Positions 48,986 to 58,160 of a stretch of 64,000 nt of DNA are shown here, in pieces (the stretch's first letter is position 1; the number at the start of each line of letters is the position of its first letter). The translations under genes and the position numbers were made by a program. The stretch is from Chloroflexota bacterium (GTDB lineage Bacteria > Chloroflexota > Dehalococcoidia > Lucifugimonadales > UBA3495), in the NCBI GenBank assembly GCA_009840135.1, contig VXOH01000008.1, forward strand, positions 5,450-69,449, read 5' to 3'. The notes under the pieces are model-generated. The model saw only the letters and a program-made list of their open reading frames with translations. It had not been told where the DNA came from and did no database searches.

Positions 48986-49326
48986 TCAACCAATCCCTCT
49001 AAAAGATTCTGCTTCCGTTCCTTTTGGGGGAAATCACCACACCTCATCCTGAACCAGGTTCAGGCCACCTGGCAAAGCAGGTATCCTAAGGTATCAACAA
49101 CGGGAAAGGGCCGTCTGAGGCCGCACAAAAGCACTTAAACTGGATTGAAGGCTTGTACGTAGATGACAGCCGTGGATGGTCCCCGATTTTCATATCTGAT
49201 TATACCAGATTTGTAGCTGAAATGCTTTTAGTTGAATCTCCGGTTTTCCCGGAAATCCAACCCTTGACAGCTACCGTATCCCGCAGGATTTCAGCCCGCA
49301 AAAAACCGAGTATTTGGGGGCAGTAA

Positions 49327-49782
49327 CTAGACCTCGGGGTGATAGCGCCGGCCGGTGCGCAGGCTGTCCAGGCCATGGCTTATGGCCACGTAGAGGGGTT
49401 GGGGCAAATCGTCCAGGGGAAACCACCCGCACTCGGCAAAGGAGTCGGGCTCAACCAATGCCGGTTCCTGGTCGCCTATGTCCCCCAGAAACTCCACGTT
49501 TACGTAATGACGATCGTAGGCAATAATGTTGCTGAAACACAGAAATTGAAGGTCCCGCACTTCCACACCCAGTTCCTCCCAGGCCTCCCGCCGAGCGCAC
49601 TCCTCCAGGCTCTCGCCCCATTCCAGGTGCCCTCCGGCCGACGCCCACGTATCCTCCCCGTGGGAACCCTGGCGCCTGGCCAGGAAAACTTTTCCTTCGC
49701 GCAAGAACACCACCCCTACACCCACCAGAGGTCTTGACCCTTCCTGTGCCATATCATGAGTATACACACAACATCCCTTCAA
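49327..49782 (-). CDS. NUDIX hydrolase
   Basis: The Nudix box is GGHLEWGESLEECARREAWEELG. Confidence 0.85.
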   Translation of the reverse strand: MKGCCVYTHDMAQEGSRPLVGVGVVFLREGKVFLARRQGSHGEDTWASAGGHLEWGESLEECARREAWEELGVEVRDLQFLCFSNIIAYDRHYVNVEFLGDIGDQEPALVEPDSFAECGWFPLDDLPQPLYVAISHGLDSLRTGRRYHPEV

Positions 49783-49842
49783 TCAAAGCTGACCCAGGGC
49801 AAGGACTATTGCACAGTCGAGCCAAAAGTCCCTTCTCTCTTG

Positions 49843-49930
49843 ACGAGGGAAGGTTAGGATGGGGATGGGGTCTGCGTAGCCTTAAGTGACACCCCTCACC
49901 CTAACCCTCTCCCGCCAAGGGAGAGGGGAC
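49843..49930. repeat. REP-like composite hairpin element, copy 2 (two nested inverted repeats)
   Basis: GAGGGAAGGTTAGGATGGGGATGGGG ... ACCCCTCACCCTAACCCTCTCCC forms a long imperfect inverted repeat. ACCCTCTCCC gccaa GGGAGAGGGG forms a perfect 9-bp hairpin. It shares CACCCTAACCCTC..GGGAGAGGGGA with 29380..29410. Confidence 0.7.
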
Positions 49931-50073
49931 TTTGCAATCATCCTGGCTACGGAAGGGCTTTTGTTGCTCGCTTCACGCCCTGCGTGCTAGACTTGCTCAC
50001 GATCTTGTTGCGAATATCGTAACGAAGTTCGCCAGGCAGTCCGTCCTGCAAATCGTGAATCGGGGAAACCGAG

Positions 50074-51108
50074 ATGGCTTCGAATGAAGGAACATCCAGC
50101 AACGTGAAGGGAACAATCCTGTCCGGGATGCGGCCCACGGGAAGATTGCACCTGGGCAATTATCTCGGCGCGCTGGAAAACTGGGTAAATCTCCAACAGG
50201 ATTTCCGGTGCATATACAGCATTGTTGACATACATGCACTTACTACCCTGGAATCCCCTTCAGACGTGGAAAACATCCAGCCGAATATTCACGAGATGGC
50301 CCTGGATTGGCTGGCCGCCGGAGTGGACCCCGAACAAAGCATCGTGTTCATCCAGTCCCACGTCCCTGAGGTAATGACCCTCCACACTCTGCTGAGCATG
50401 GTAACGCCGCTGGGCTGGCTGATGAGGGTACCCACCTTCAAGGAAAAAGTGCGGCAGATGGACGAAACTGAAGAAAGCGTTAATTATGGCCTGGTTGGAT
50501 ATCCGGTCCTCCAGACTGCCGACATTATCATCTACAAGGCCGATACCGTCCCTGTGGGGCAGGACCAACTCCCCCACCTGGAACTGGCCCGGGAGATTGT
50601 ACGCCGCTTTAACCACCGATTCGGGGATACTTTCCCCGAGCCGCAAGCCAGGCTCACCGAAGCGCCGCTGATCCTGGGGCTGGAAGGCCAGCAGAAAATG
50701 AGCAAGTCCCTGGACAATCACATAGACCTGGCCTCCACGCCTGAAGAAACCGCCCAGCGAGTCTTGACCGCCTTCACGGACCCCCAGCGGTTGCGCCGCA
50801 GTGACCCCGGGCGTCCCGAGGTATGCAACGTCTATTCCCTCCACAAGCTTTTCAGCACGGAGGAGGATGTTGCAACCGTTCATGAGGAATGTACAACCGC
50901 TCAGAGAGGTTGCGTTGACTGCAAGCGCCACCTGGCCGGCAGCGTCAACGCTTTCCTCGAGCCCCTGCGGGAACGGAGGAGGGTACTGGAGGAGAAGCCC
51001 GACTATGTCAGGGAAATTCTTCTTGAGGGAGGGCGCAAGGCTCGCTCGATAGCCCAGGAAACTATCGGCGAGGTTTACGAAAAAATGGGCTTGGGGCTGC
51101 CGGTATAG
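50074..51108 (+). CDS. trpS: Tryptophan--tRNA ligase
   Basis: The segment SGMRPTGRLHLGNYLGAL (HIGH-type), the KMSKS motif and 344 aa fit TrpRS. Confidence 0.95.
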   Translation: MASNEGTSSNVKGTILSGMRPTGRLHLGNYLGALENWVNLQQDFRCIYSIVDIHALTTLESPSDVENIQPNIHEMALDWLAAGVDPEQSIVFIQSHVPEVMTLHTLLSMVTPLGWLMRVPTFKEKVRQMDETEESVNYGLVGYPVLQTADIIIYKADTVPVGQDQLPHLELAREIVRRFNHRFGDTFPEPQARLTEAPLILGLEGQQKMSKSLDNHIDLASTPEETAQRVLTAFTDPQRLRRSDPGRPEVCNVYSLHKLFSTEEDVATVHEECTTAQRGCVDCKRHLAGSVNAFLEPLRERRRVLEEKPDYVREILLEGGRKARSIAQETIGEVYEKMGLGLPV

Positions 51109-51180
51109 CTACCCCGCATGGGTTCATAAATATCCAGCGACAGCCCGATTTTGGCCGAATTCGCACCGCAAGAACAAGCT

Positions 51181-52008
51181 ATGAGTCAACCAGAACTGGA
51201 ACCTGTACCAATCTCCAACAGCGGGAAATCCGCCCTTGAAGTCTCCATGGAGGCCGCACGGAAGGCTGGTGAGATCATTAGGGAGAGATTTCTCACCGAC
51301 AAGGAAGTTCGGTTCAAGGGCCGCGCCGACATTGTCACCGACGTTGACCTGGCTGCCGAGAAGGTAATTCTTGAACTGGTCAGGTCAGAGTTTCCCCAGT
51401 TCAGTGTCCTTTCCGAGGAATCTGACCCCATTGAAACCGGCTCGCCCTTCAGGTGGGTGATAGACCCCATTGACGGCACCCGTAATTTTGCCGAGGGAAT
51501 ACCCCATTTCTGCGTAGTTGTGGCCCTGGCCCGCGGCTCTGAAATGGTGGCTGGCGTTACCTACGATCCCATTAAGGAGGAGACATTCTCCGCCGAGCTG
51601 GGGAAGGGCGCCTTCCTCAACGGGGAACCGATTTCCGTCTCAAGCAGAGAACAGATTCCCAATTGCGTGCTGGGCTTTGATCTGGGATACGTGGACCAGA
51701 AGGCGGCAACCGCGCTGGATATGATCAGGGAACTGTGGCCCGGCTTCCAGACTATGCGGCTGATGGGATCTTCAGCCCTGGGAATGGCTTACGCTGCCGC
51801 CGGCCGGATAGACCTCTACTTCCACCATTCTCTGTCGCCCTGGGACAGCGCCAGCGGCCTGTTGCTGGCCCGCGAGGCCGGGGGCAATGTTGTTGACCGG
51901 CAGGGACAAAATGCCGATCTGTTTACCCCCAGCATCATTGCTTCGAGCCAGCAGCTCATTGACCGGTTCATGGAGGCAACCAACGGCATGGAGTGGCGGC
52001 AGGGATAG
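51181..52008 (+). CDS. Inositol monophosphatase family protein (SuhB-like)
   Basis: The segments VLSEESD, WVIDPIDGTRNF and the C-terminal WDSASG are present. The start is ATG 51181 or TTG 51151. Confidence 0.85.
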   Translation: MSQPELEPVPISNSGKSALEVSMEAARKAGEIIRERFLTDKEVRFKGRADIVTDVDLAAEKVILELVRSEFPQFSVLSEESDPIETGSPFRWVIDPIDGTRNFAEGIPHFCVVVALARGSEMVAGVTYDPIKEETFSAELGKGAFLNGEPISVSSREQIPNCVLGFDLGYVDQKAATALDMIRELWPGFQTMRLMGSSALGMAYAAAGRIDLYFHHSLSPWDSASGLLLAREAGGNVVDRQGQNADLFTPSIIASSQQLIDRFMEATNGMEWRQG

Positions 52009-52208
52009 CAAGCCAACATTGTTGACATATCGGACAGTGTTCCGCTCACCCTCAGCTTGCCGAAGCGCCTCCCTTAATTGGTCCTACCAGCCGACCACGA
52101 TCGGACTCCAGGGCTATCCATCAACACTAGTGCGGCCGCTCACCTGCTCGTCGTGCCTGCCTAACGGTTCCACTATGCCGTACTCCCGACTCCTCACTGC
52201 CTTCCCCT

Positions 52209-53414
52209 TCACCCACAGACCACGGTTCCCCGGTCAATCAGGATGGCGATCTCTTCCCCGGAATAGCCAGCCTCCGACAGTACCTCCCTGCTATGCTCGC
52301 CCAGGCCGGGAGCCCGGTTTCTGATTCTTCCTGGAGTTTCTGACAGCTTGACTGGTATGCCGATGTGGCGCAGTTTGCCAAGGTCGTTATCCTCCAGGTC
52401 GATTACCATATTGCGGGCGAGCACTTGAGGGTCCTGATAGACCTGCTCCATGTTGTAGATTGGTCCGGCCACAACTCCCGACTGCTCCAGCAGTTCCAGC
52501 CAATAGTCGGTCGACTTTTGGGAAAGGGTGGATTCCAGAAGTTGGGCCAGTTCCCCCTCCCGGACCTTGCGGTCCCCCGGCATTCGGAACCGTTCATCTT
52601 CAATGAGGTCATCCAAGCCCACCGCGTGGCAGAATTGTTCCCAGGTGGCCTGGGTGGCCGCCCCGATATTGATGTAGCCATCGCTGGTCCGCAAGGCCTG
52701 GTAAGGGGCCGAAACCCGGTGCGCCGACCCCAGGGGCCCGGGAACCTCTCCCTCAGAAAAATACAGGGCCGACTCCCAGATGGTATATGCAATCCCGGCC
52801 TCCAGAAGGGAGGCATCCACCGACTGGCCTTGCCCGGTCTTAAGGGCATGGATGTAGGCGCATAGTATTCCGAAAGCGGCCTGGGTTCCGGCGGAGATAT
52901 CGGTAATGGGAACACCAACTTTTGCCGGCGGACTGTCGGGAAAACCGGTGATGCTCATCAAGCCGCTCATCCCCTGGGCGACAAGGTCAAAGCCTCCCCG
53001 ATTTCGATAGGGGCCCGTGGAACCAAAACCCGAAATGGAACAATAGACCAGGCTGGACCTCCTCTTCGCCAATTCGTCGTAACCCAGGCCCAGACGGGCC
53101 ATAACGCCGGGCCGGAAGTTCTCAACGACGACGTGCGCCCCCTCCAGCAGTCGCATGAACACCTGCTTTCCCGCTTCTTCCCGCAAATCCAGGGCAAGAC
53201 TACGCTTGTTTCGGTTCAGCGCCAGGAAGCCTGATGCCCACCCGGAAGTAAAGGGCGGACCCATTCTCCGGGTGTCGTCGCCCCCGTTGGGCTTCTCAAT
53301 CTTGATGACATCGGCCCCCATGTCGGCCAGCAACATCGTGCATACCGGTCCTGCCATAATCTGGGTCAAATCCAGGACCACTACTCCCTTCAGCGGGAGG
53401 TTTCCTTCGTTCAT
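52209..53414 (-). CDS. CoA transferase, family III (CaiB/BaiF type)
   Basis: The N-terminus reads LKGVVVLDLTQIMAGPVCTMLLADMGADVIKIE. The ATG at 53414 is preceded by GGAG. The longer track ORF N-terminus looks non-coding. Confidence 0.85.
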   Translation of the reverse strand: MNEGNLPLKGVVVLDLTQIMAGPVCTMLLADMGADVIKIEKPNGGDDTRRMGPPFTSGWASGFLALNRNKRSLALDLREEAGKQVFMRLLEGAHVVVENFRPGVMARLGLGYDELAKRRSSLVYCSISGFGSTGPYRNRGGFDLVAQGMSGLMSITGFPDSPPAKVGVPITDISAGTQAAFGILCAYIHALKTGQGQSVDASLLEAGIAYTIWESALYFSEGEVPGPLGSAHRVSAPYQALRTSDGYINIGAATQATWEQFCHAVGLDDLIEDERFRMPGDRKVREGELAQLLESTLSQKSTDYWLELLEQSGVVAGPIYNMEQVYQDPQVLARNMVIDLEDNDLGKLRHIGIPVKLSETPGRIRNRAPGLGEHSREVLSEAGYSGEEIAILIDRGTVVCG

Positions 53415-54179
53415 CTTCGAATCTCCAGTTCTGATAGCTATAGCGTTCCCCGCACCCTTGCAGGTCATTGAACCGGCACAGGCAGTATAACCCACGGCAA
53501 TGCAATTGCTTCCAGACCTCATCGTCGTTCTACGTCTCTCTAACGTTGATATACCGTTCCATGTCGGCGGTTTGTAGCACTGTCCCGGCAACCGTCAAAC
53601 GTCGCTTGCTCCGCTAGTTGACATAGCTCAGCGCGAAGACCTTAGTTTATGTCCGCCAACGGTGAGGGGGACCAGTGCCACTTGAAGAGGGATGATCGAT
53701 AAATTGGAGAATATGGTCGAGGCGGGGCGGATGGGATATTGCATTTCCGTGGCGACCAGGGGCTGGCAATTGGACGGTAATTTACCGGTAACGATCTACC
53801 CTATAACCTGTCATCGAACCTTCTTAGGCTTTGTTGGCAACCGATTGCACCAATTGACGTGGAATGCTATGCGGATTGGCTAACGAGGCGATTCTCCGGG
53901 ATTCCCTTACGTTGTTTGCTGCGCTGACCCGGTTCAATCGAAAACTGTCCTTAGAGGCATGTACGGTCCATTCCCAACGAGGATTCGGTCAATTCCAGGA
54001 GACGGCAACTGAATTCTCGCAGGCCAGGGTTCACCCATTAAACAAATGTTATTGAGAAATCAATTGCGCCAGGTTTGATGGACACTGTAATTCGTACGAG
54101 CACGATGATATATTAGCTGATGGACCATGGGGGAAAGCGCAAATCTCTCATCCCTGGTGTCCCTGAGGAAGAGAAATAG

Positions 54180-54902
54180 GTGACAGAAGAGTTAGTCTTA
54201 ATCCAAAGGCTCCTGGCCGCAATAGTAGTTGGTTATTTGTTCGGTTCCATTCCATTGGCACACCTCGTAGCTCGACGCCACGGCATTGATATATTCGCCA
54301 CAGGCAGCACCAGGGCAGGCACGGCAAATGTCTTCTGGAATATCAGCAGATGGAAGGGCATTCTGGTATTTGCGGGCGACGCGGCCAAGGGTTATCTCGC
54401 CATCGAATTTGCCAGGCTCCTGGGCGTACCGGACAGCGCGCTGATCCTGGCCGGCGGCGCCGCAGTTGCCGGTCATTGGAAGTCCATCTTCACCAGGTTC
54501 AAGGGTGGCGACGGGATGGTAACGCTCCTTGGAGTGACTGTCGCGCTCACTCCGATGCTTTCACCCATCGGAATTGCCATTGGAATAGGCGCCGTATTGT
54601 TAACACGACGCTCCCCCTTCCGTTCCTCTCTGGGCATTATCGCCTGCTATTCGGTGTTGCTGGTATTGAGCCAGTCGCTGGGTTATTTTTCGTCTGAACG
54701 AATACTTGTGATGGAATTGTCAGTCCTGGCCCTGCTGGTCATCTTCCACAATGTCCTGATCCACCGACGCCACGCGCCCATTCTGGCGTCCAGGAAACAG
54801 AATGCCAGGATGGGCGATGAGATAGATGAATTTATCGACCTGGAGCTGGATGACGACCTCCCTGATTTGGAAACTGACATCACGGAGGAAGGAAGGGCCT
54901 GA
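54180..54902 (+). CDS. PlsY-like acyl-phosphate:glycerol-3-phosphate acyltransferase paralog (divergent) with an acidic C-terminal tail
   Basis: The segment GYLFGSIPLAHLVARRHGIDI..GS..AGTANV...GDAAKG follows the PlsY pattern, but the GSGNxGATN motif is degenerate (GSTRAGTAN). The start codon is GTG. Confidence 0.6.
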   Translation: MTEELVLIQRLLAAIVVGYLFGSIPLAHLVARRHGIDIFATGSTRAGTANVFWNISRWKGILVFAGDAAKGYLAIEFARLLGVPDSALILAGGAAVAGHWKSIFTRFKGGDGMVTLLGVTVALTPMLSPIGIAIGIGAVLLTRRSPFRSSLGIIACYSVLLVLSQSLGYFSSERILVMELSVLALLVIFHNVLIHRRHAPILASRKQNARMGDEIDEFIDLELDDDLPDLETDITEEGRA

Positions 54903-55073
54903 AAGACCGGGAACCCATCCAATGAGCGGGCCCCGGCTCTTTTGGAAGCCGGGGCCCGTGCTGTTAGCGATGGAAATCCGAATGGCCCCACCAGTACGAA
55001 TGGCCTAACGCAAGGTCACCGCTCTGAATATTGGTAAATCCAGACCGCGCGTTTTACCGCTGCACCAGGCCAT

Positions 55074-56321
55074 CTAATTGCGGTGGTTAAAGTCCTTCTT
55101 CAGCTCGGTCAAGGCCAGCACCCATCCCAGGTTCTCGTCGTCGTGGGCTTCCTCGGCAAAGTGACTCTCCAGTCTCACTGCTTCGTCAAGATACCGGAGG
55201 CACAACTCGATCTGTCCTTGCCTGGCGTATTGGCGTGCCACGTTGTACCAGGCCACCGCAAAGGAAGGTTCCTCAGCCAGGGCAGCCAGGTAGTCAACCA
55301 GAGCGTTGTCATCCATTCCCATCGCCTCGTAGGCGGCGCCGCGATTGTTCAGGGCGGCCGGAAAGTTGGGAAGCAACTCCACGGCGGAGCAATAGTCTTC
55401 CAGGGCTTTCTCGTACTCCTCCAGCGCGTCATAGGCCAGACCCCTGTTGTTCAGGGCTTCCGCATCTTCAGGCCTCAGGTCAACAACCCGCGAATAATCT
55501 TCGATGGCGTCCTCTATGTGACCGAGATAGTAAAAGGTCCGCGCTCGGTTGAAGTAGGCGTCGGCATTCTCGGGATTGCAGTCTATTGCCGTACCGTAGT
55601 CTGCCACGGCCCGGTCGTGAAGCTCCAGCTCGTCGAGGGAAGCGCCCCGGTTCAGGTAAGCATTGGACAAATTGGGACGGAGTTCAATCGCCCGGTCAAA
55701 GGCGGTAACAGCCTCCCGGTGCCGGCCCGTTCTCGCCAGCACCACCCCCTGATTGTAATGCGCCTGCAGGTAGTCAGGTGACAGGGCAATTGCGCAGGCG
55801 TAATCGGCCAGGGCGGTTTCGGCTTCGTCCAGGTCATCGTAGGCGTTGCCCCGCTGGTAATGGGCTTCTGCCATGTCCGGGTTGAGTTGCAAAACCCGGG
55901 AAAACTCTTCCACAGCTCTGCCAGGCTCTCTCAGCCTGAGAAATGCCAGTCCCAGATTGAAGCTCGCCACCGGATTCTCGGGTTCGTTGGCCAGAATGCT
56001 GCGGTACACCTGAGCGGCCTCGTCATAGCGCCCGATGGCAAAACAACCGTTGCCGAAGACCTGGTCTCCATTGACCTCAATTCCAGACCGCGCGGAATCA
56101 ACTATGCCATTGAGCGCTTTCTCCATCTCCCGCGCCGCCGGACCCCTCAACCTTCCTCCCCTGGGAAAGGGAGTCAAATAAGCAACTCCAACACCGTTGT
56201 CCTGCAGGAGAACAATGAGCTTATCGCGGTATGTTTCGGAAGTTTCCATCTCGGCTACCTTTACAATCAAAACACTTTCAAAACAATCAAATGCGTCCGC
56301 ATATGCAGGACTTGATAGCAT
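55074..56321 (-). CDS. Tetratricopeptide repeat (TPR) protein
   Basis: About 9 tandem 34-aa repeats with the A..Y..A...P.....Y.N.G pattern are present. The start is TTG 56321 or ATG 56249. Confidence 0.8.
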   Translation of the reverse strand: MLSSPAYADAFDCFESVLIVKVAEMETSETYRDKLIVLLQDNGVGVAYLTPFPRGGRLRGPAAREMEKALNGIVDSARSGIEVNGDQVFGNGCFAIGRYDEAAQVYRSILANEPENPVASFNLGLAFLRLREPGRAVEEFSRVLQLNPDMAEAHYQRGNAYDDLDEAETALADYACAIALSPDYLQAHYNQGVVLARTGRHREAVTAFDRAIELRPNLSNAYLNRGASLDELELHDRAVADYGTAIDCNPENADAYFNRARTFYYLGHIEDAIEDYSRVVDLRPEDAEALNNRGLAYDALEEYEKALEDYCSAVELLPNFPAALNNRGAAYEAMGMDDNALVDYLAALAEEPSFAVAWYNVARQYARQGQIELCLRYLDEAVRLESHFAEEAHDDENLGWVLALTELKKDFNHRN

Positions 56322-56415
56322 ATCACGAAAAAGCGACCGCCAAGATTCGAGACAGCTGGGTAATTGGCTGAAAATGCCTTCATACGAAAGAAATTCCTGG
56401 CGGCAGGCTCCCAGT

Positions 56416-56444
56416 TTGAATATTTGAGGTTACCCCCGTAAAAT
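56416..56444 (+). promoter_or_regulatory. Promoter TTGAAT-N17-TAAAAT upstream of the glutaredoxin-like gene
   Basis: The hexamers are near consensus with a 17-nt spacer. The predicted transcript begins with an 8-bp hairpin, CAGGTAGC...GCTACCTG (56451..56490). Confidence 0.65.
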
Positions 56445-56528
56445 GAGCTTCAGGTAGCCGACCAATAGCTCTTAGCTACCTGCACTGTTTCCCTCAGCCC
56501 TCGACCTCTACAACTCAGGAGCCTGACC

Positions 56529-56768
56529 GTGACAACCGAAAGCACCGACAACCTGCTAATTTACACTCATCCCGACTGTTCATTTTCCTCGGCGGCCAAA
56601 ATGGAATACCGTCGCGGCCGCATCCCCTATACTGAGATAGATCTGGCAAAGCAGCCGGACCAGATTCCTGCTCTACTGGAATTGACCAACGGCGAACGTA
56701 TTACTCCGGTCATCGTTCAGGATGGCGTTGTGACCATTGGTTACAAGGGCGGGTATTGAGACTTCTAA
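56529..56768 (+). CDS. Glutaredoxin/NrdH-like protein. It is a candidate selenoprotein in which TGA at 56757 is read as Sec, giving the C-terminus ...GGY-U-D-F-stop. The conventional end is 56759.
   Basis: The thioredoxin-fold pattern reads LLIYTHPDCSFSSAAKMEY...ITPVIVQDGVVTIGYKGGY. The active site is C-x-x-S and lacks a resolving Cys. TGA GAC TTC TAA is followed by a hairpin. The GTG start follows AGGAG by 7 nt. Confidence 0.6.
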
Positions 56769-56770
56769 CT

Positions 56771-56789
56771 GCCGGGCCGTAGGCCCGGT
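56771..56789 (+). promoter_or_regulatory. GC hairpin 15 nt after the TGA (candidate bacterial SECIS; alternatively an atypical terminator)
   Basis: CCGGGCC gta GGCCCGG forms 7 GC pairs plus a G-U closing pair. The loop contains G and U, and no T-tract follows. Confidence 0.45.
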
Positions 56790-57021
56790 CATAATTTCAT
56801 GATTTCGGGACACCCAAGCGGTGTCGCTCCTGCATTCGGCAACTCTGTTAAGAGGCCGATGGCACGGGAATTCACTTGGGTTTTTGGCGACAACATCCGA
56901 ACCCGCGCCACTCGAATCCGTGACAACTCTGCAGCCAACATTTTACTGACAGTTGCTTCTTGTTGGCACTCCGGGCCCCGTGCTAGGATTTCCTCAACTT
57001 GTTAGGGGGAAGGGAAGGAAA

Positions 57022-58116
57022 ATGGCAACCGACGCAAAGAAAGACAAGCTGGCGGCCTTGGAAATCGCCCTGGGACGAATCGAAAAAGACCACGGCAAGG
57101 GCGCCGTAATGCGGCTCGGCGAAGAGGCCGCCCAGCGCCTGAGCACCGAGGTTATACCGACCGGCTCATTGGCCCTGGATATTGCCCTGGGCGCCGGGGG
57201 TATTCCCAGGGGCCGGGTAACGGAAATCTATGGCAGCGAATCTGCCGGCAAGTCCACCCTGGCCATTCACATTATGTCCGAGACCCAGAAACTGGGGGGT
57301 ATTGCGGCCTACGTAGATGCAGAGCACGCTCTGGACCCCTCATACGCTTCCAACTGCGGCCTCAGTCTGGACGACCTTCTGATTTCCCAGCCCGACAGTG
57401 GGGAACAAGCCCTCGACATCACCGAACAGTTGGTGCGGAGCGGCGCCGTGGACACCATCGTTGTGGACAGCGTGGCGGCACTGGTGCCCCAGGCGGAGAT
57501 CGAAGGGGACATCGGGGATACCCACGTCGGTTTGCAGGCCCGTTTAATGTCGCAGGCCCTCAGAAAACTGACTTCTACTATCCATCATTCCCGCACCGCA
57601 GTGATATTCATCAACCAACTCCGGGAAAAAGTGGGCATCTCCTACGGAAGCCCGGAGGTAACTCCTGGCGGACGCGCCCTCAAATTCTACAGTTCCGTGC
57701 GAATAGACCTGCGTCGCACCGAATCCATCAAGCAGGGCTCGGATATCATTGGCAGCCGGGTCCGCGCTCGCGTCGTAAAAAACAAGGTGGCCGCACCCTT
57801 CCGGGTCACCGAGTTCGACATTATGTTCAACAAAGGAATCAGCAAGATGGGAGACCTGCTGGAACTGGGAGTAAATGAAGGCATTCTGAAGAAGGCCGGC
57901 GCCTTTTACTCCTATGGCGATACCCGGTTGGGCCAGGGACGGGAAAATTCCAAGGACTTCCTCGCCCAGCACCCGGAGATAGCTGAATCCATCGAATCCC
58001 GGGTACGAGCAAAGCTGTCTCCGCAGACTGACAACGCCGCCACGGAGAATCCACCCAGCGAAGATGACGTCAACGCCATTCTTGCTACGCTGTCGGATCA
58101 GGAGGAGAAGGAATAG
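57022..58116 (+). CDS. recA: Recombinase RecA
   Basis: The segments [23 protein letters not shown], Walker [10 protein letters not shown] and [17 protein letters not shown] are present. The ATG at 57022 follows GGGAAGGGAAGGA. Confidence 0.95.
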   Translation: MATDAKKDKLAALEIALGRIEKDHGKGAVMRLGEEAAQRLSTEVIPTGSLALDIALGAGGIPRGRVTEIYGSESAGKSTLAIHIMSETQKLGGIAAYVDAEHALDPSYASNCGLSLDDLLISQPDSGEQALDITEQLVRSGAVDTIVVDSVAALVPQAEIEGDIGDTHVGLQARLMSQALRKLTSTIHHSRTAVIFINQLREKVGISYGSPEVTPGGRALKFYSSVRIDLRRTESIKQGSDIIGSRVRARVVKNKVAAPFRVTEFDIMFNKGISKMGDLLELGVNEGILKKAGAFYSYGDTRLGQGRENSKDFLAQHPEIAESIESRVRAKLSPQTDNAATENPPSEDDVNAILATLSDQEEKE

Positions 58117-58160
58117 TACCGGAGAGGAAAACCAGGCCGGAAGAATCTCAATCACTCAAG

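Noticed and set aside
53692-54055. Two 63-aa + strand ORFs in the 588-bp spacer.
   Set aside because: They have no usable Shine-Dalgarno spacing, no recognisable motifs and atypical composition. They are kept only as part of the spacer finding.
56799-57005. A 68-aa ORF upstream of recA, and the extended recA ORF start at 56953.
   Set aside because: The conserved RecA N-terminus begins at ATG 57022, which has a strong purine-rich Shine-Dalgarno. The upstream ORF overlaps the promoter region.
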